64,000 nucleotides of DNA from Utricularia gibba (lineage: Eukaryota > Plantae > Magnoliophyta). The translations under genes were made by a program, and so were the position numbers. Position 1 is the stretch's first letter, and each line of letters opens with the position of its first letter. The notes below the pieces were generated by a model. The model was given only the letters and a program-made list of their open reading frames with translations. It ran no database searches and was not told the origin of the DNA. Location of the stretch: NCBI GenBank assembly GCA_002189035.1, contig NEEC01000020.1:1-64000 (forward strand), given 5' to 3'. Positions 62,999 to 64,000 of the stretch are shown in pieces.

Positions 62999-64000
62999 TC
63001 TCGCTTCCCTCCTGGGACGCGCGCCGCCTCCTTCCTCTCGTGCACTTTGGTTTTTTACTTGCTACTTTTCCCACTGAGTACTGATCCTTGTACTTGTGTG
63101 GCCTTTCGCCCTTTCCCCACAAACGAAATTCCCTTTTTCGATCTGATGGGAGACAACTGGGCCCTATCCCAGCCCAAATATTCATGCAGCAGTCCAAGCC
63201 CGGCCCAGGATGGAAATAATACGACTCATTATGTTGAAAATTAAAATTTGAAATGCGGGCGAGCGAGTGAATCTAGATTCTAGAGCCAGCGCCAATCAAT
63301 GGACTCGGACTTCGCCCCTACAGACTTCTGCCCCATCCTTTGACGCCGAAAGCCAGCAGCTACCTTTCTTGATTTGATTCATTCACGAGCAAGGAACAAG
63401 ATGGGCAAAAAATTTGTTACTCTGGGGGTAATTTTAAGAGTAAATCAGGATAACAGTAGGGGGAAAAAATGTTATCAAGAGACGCAGGAAATATCGATGA
63501 AAACTAGTGGGTGAGAAGCAAGGGAACGTCGCTTTCAGTACTCCAGCTTTAATGGTTGTGTGGCCGTGAATCCATCGCAGAATCCCAAGCCCCGGTGGGC
63601 TTGCGCTGATACCCAACTCAAAAATCAGGATTTCGATTTGGATTTTTTTTCTCTTCTCTCTGTTTGCTTGTGGCCATGACATGGAGTCAGAAGCCATGAC
63701 CAAATCTCGAGAACGCTCTTTTATTTATTTTCATTTTTTTTGAATCTCTAGTCATCATACATATTCCCCATATATATACACATCACATCTCATTCCATCG
63801 TATTCTCCAGTCACCCGAGCACAGCACTGAGGCTGAGTCATTCACTAGCAAGCACACCATGGGTTGCTTAAAGTCGGTTTCTTGAGTCGTTTGCTTTCTG
63901 GGTTTTGTTCCGGGTGTGCACTTGGTGAATACGGAGTGAGGTTGGTGTATGCGGGGAATTGGGGTTATTGATCCAACAGTTGAAATATGAGAACTTTGTG

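Overview
Left end of a plant (eudicot) nuclear chromosome. It starts with about 0.8 kb of Arabidopsis-type telomere (CCCTAAA)n and continues as very gene-dense DNA with short introns: about 24 apparently functional genes in 63 kb and no recognisable autonomous transposon. This fits a miniaturised genome such as Lentibulariaceae, which is an inference only. Genes in order: riboflavin synthase, conserved unknown protein, CAD/ELI3-type dehydrogenase, RCC1 protein, phosphoserine phosphatase, UVR-ApaG protein, DUF4228, ALDH10, ATP11, PKS, alpha/beta-hydrolase, BAH-Agenet protein, plastid NAD-MDH, DYW-PPR (REME1-like), ACHT thioredoxin, DUF761-like protein, BolA, kinesin-14, SBT1.6 subtilase, RbfA, two SAURs and arginine decarboxylase. 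The most unusual observations are: (1) the telomere is joined directly inside the coding sequence of a DUF761 gene; (2) a second, degenerate telomere tract at 2.8 kb; (3) a PSRP2 5' end joined to the start of RbfA, and a similar duplicated 5' stub in front of the Agenet gene; (4) deletion-shredded SYF1 and ERD2-like pseudogenes; (5) a compact GC-rich RNA fold plus a uORF in the ADC leader; (6) a U12 AT-AC intron and three GC-AG introns; (7) a 0.5-kb nested foldback element. About ten single-base frameshifts in otherwise intact genes fall in homopolymers and are treated as probable assembly errors. Protein identifications come from recalled family motifs; no database search was run.
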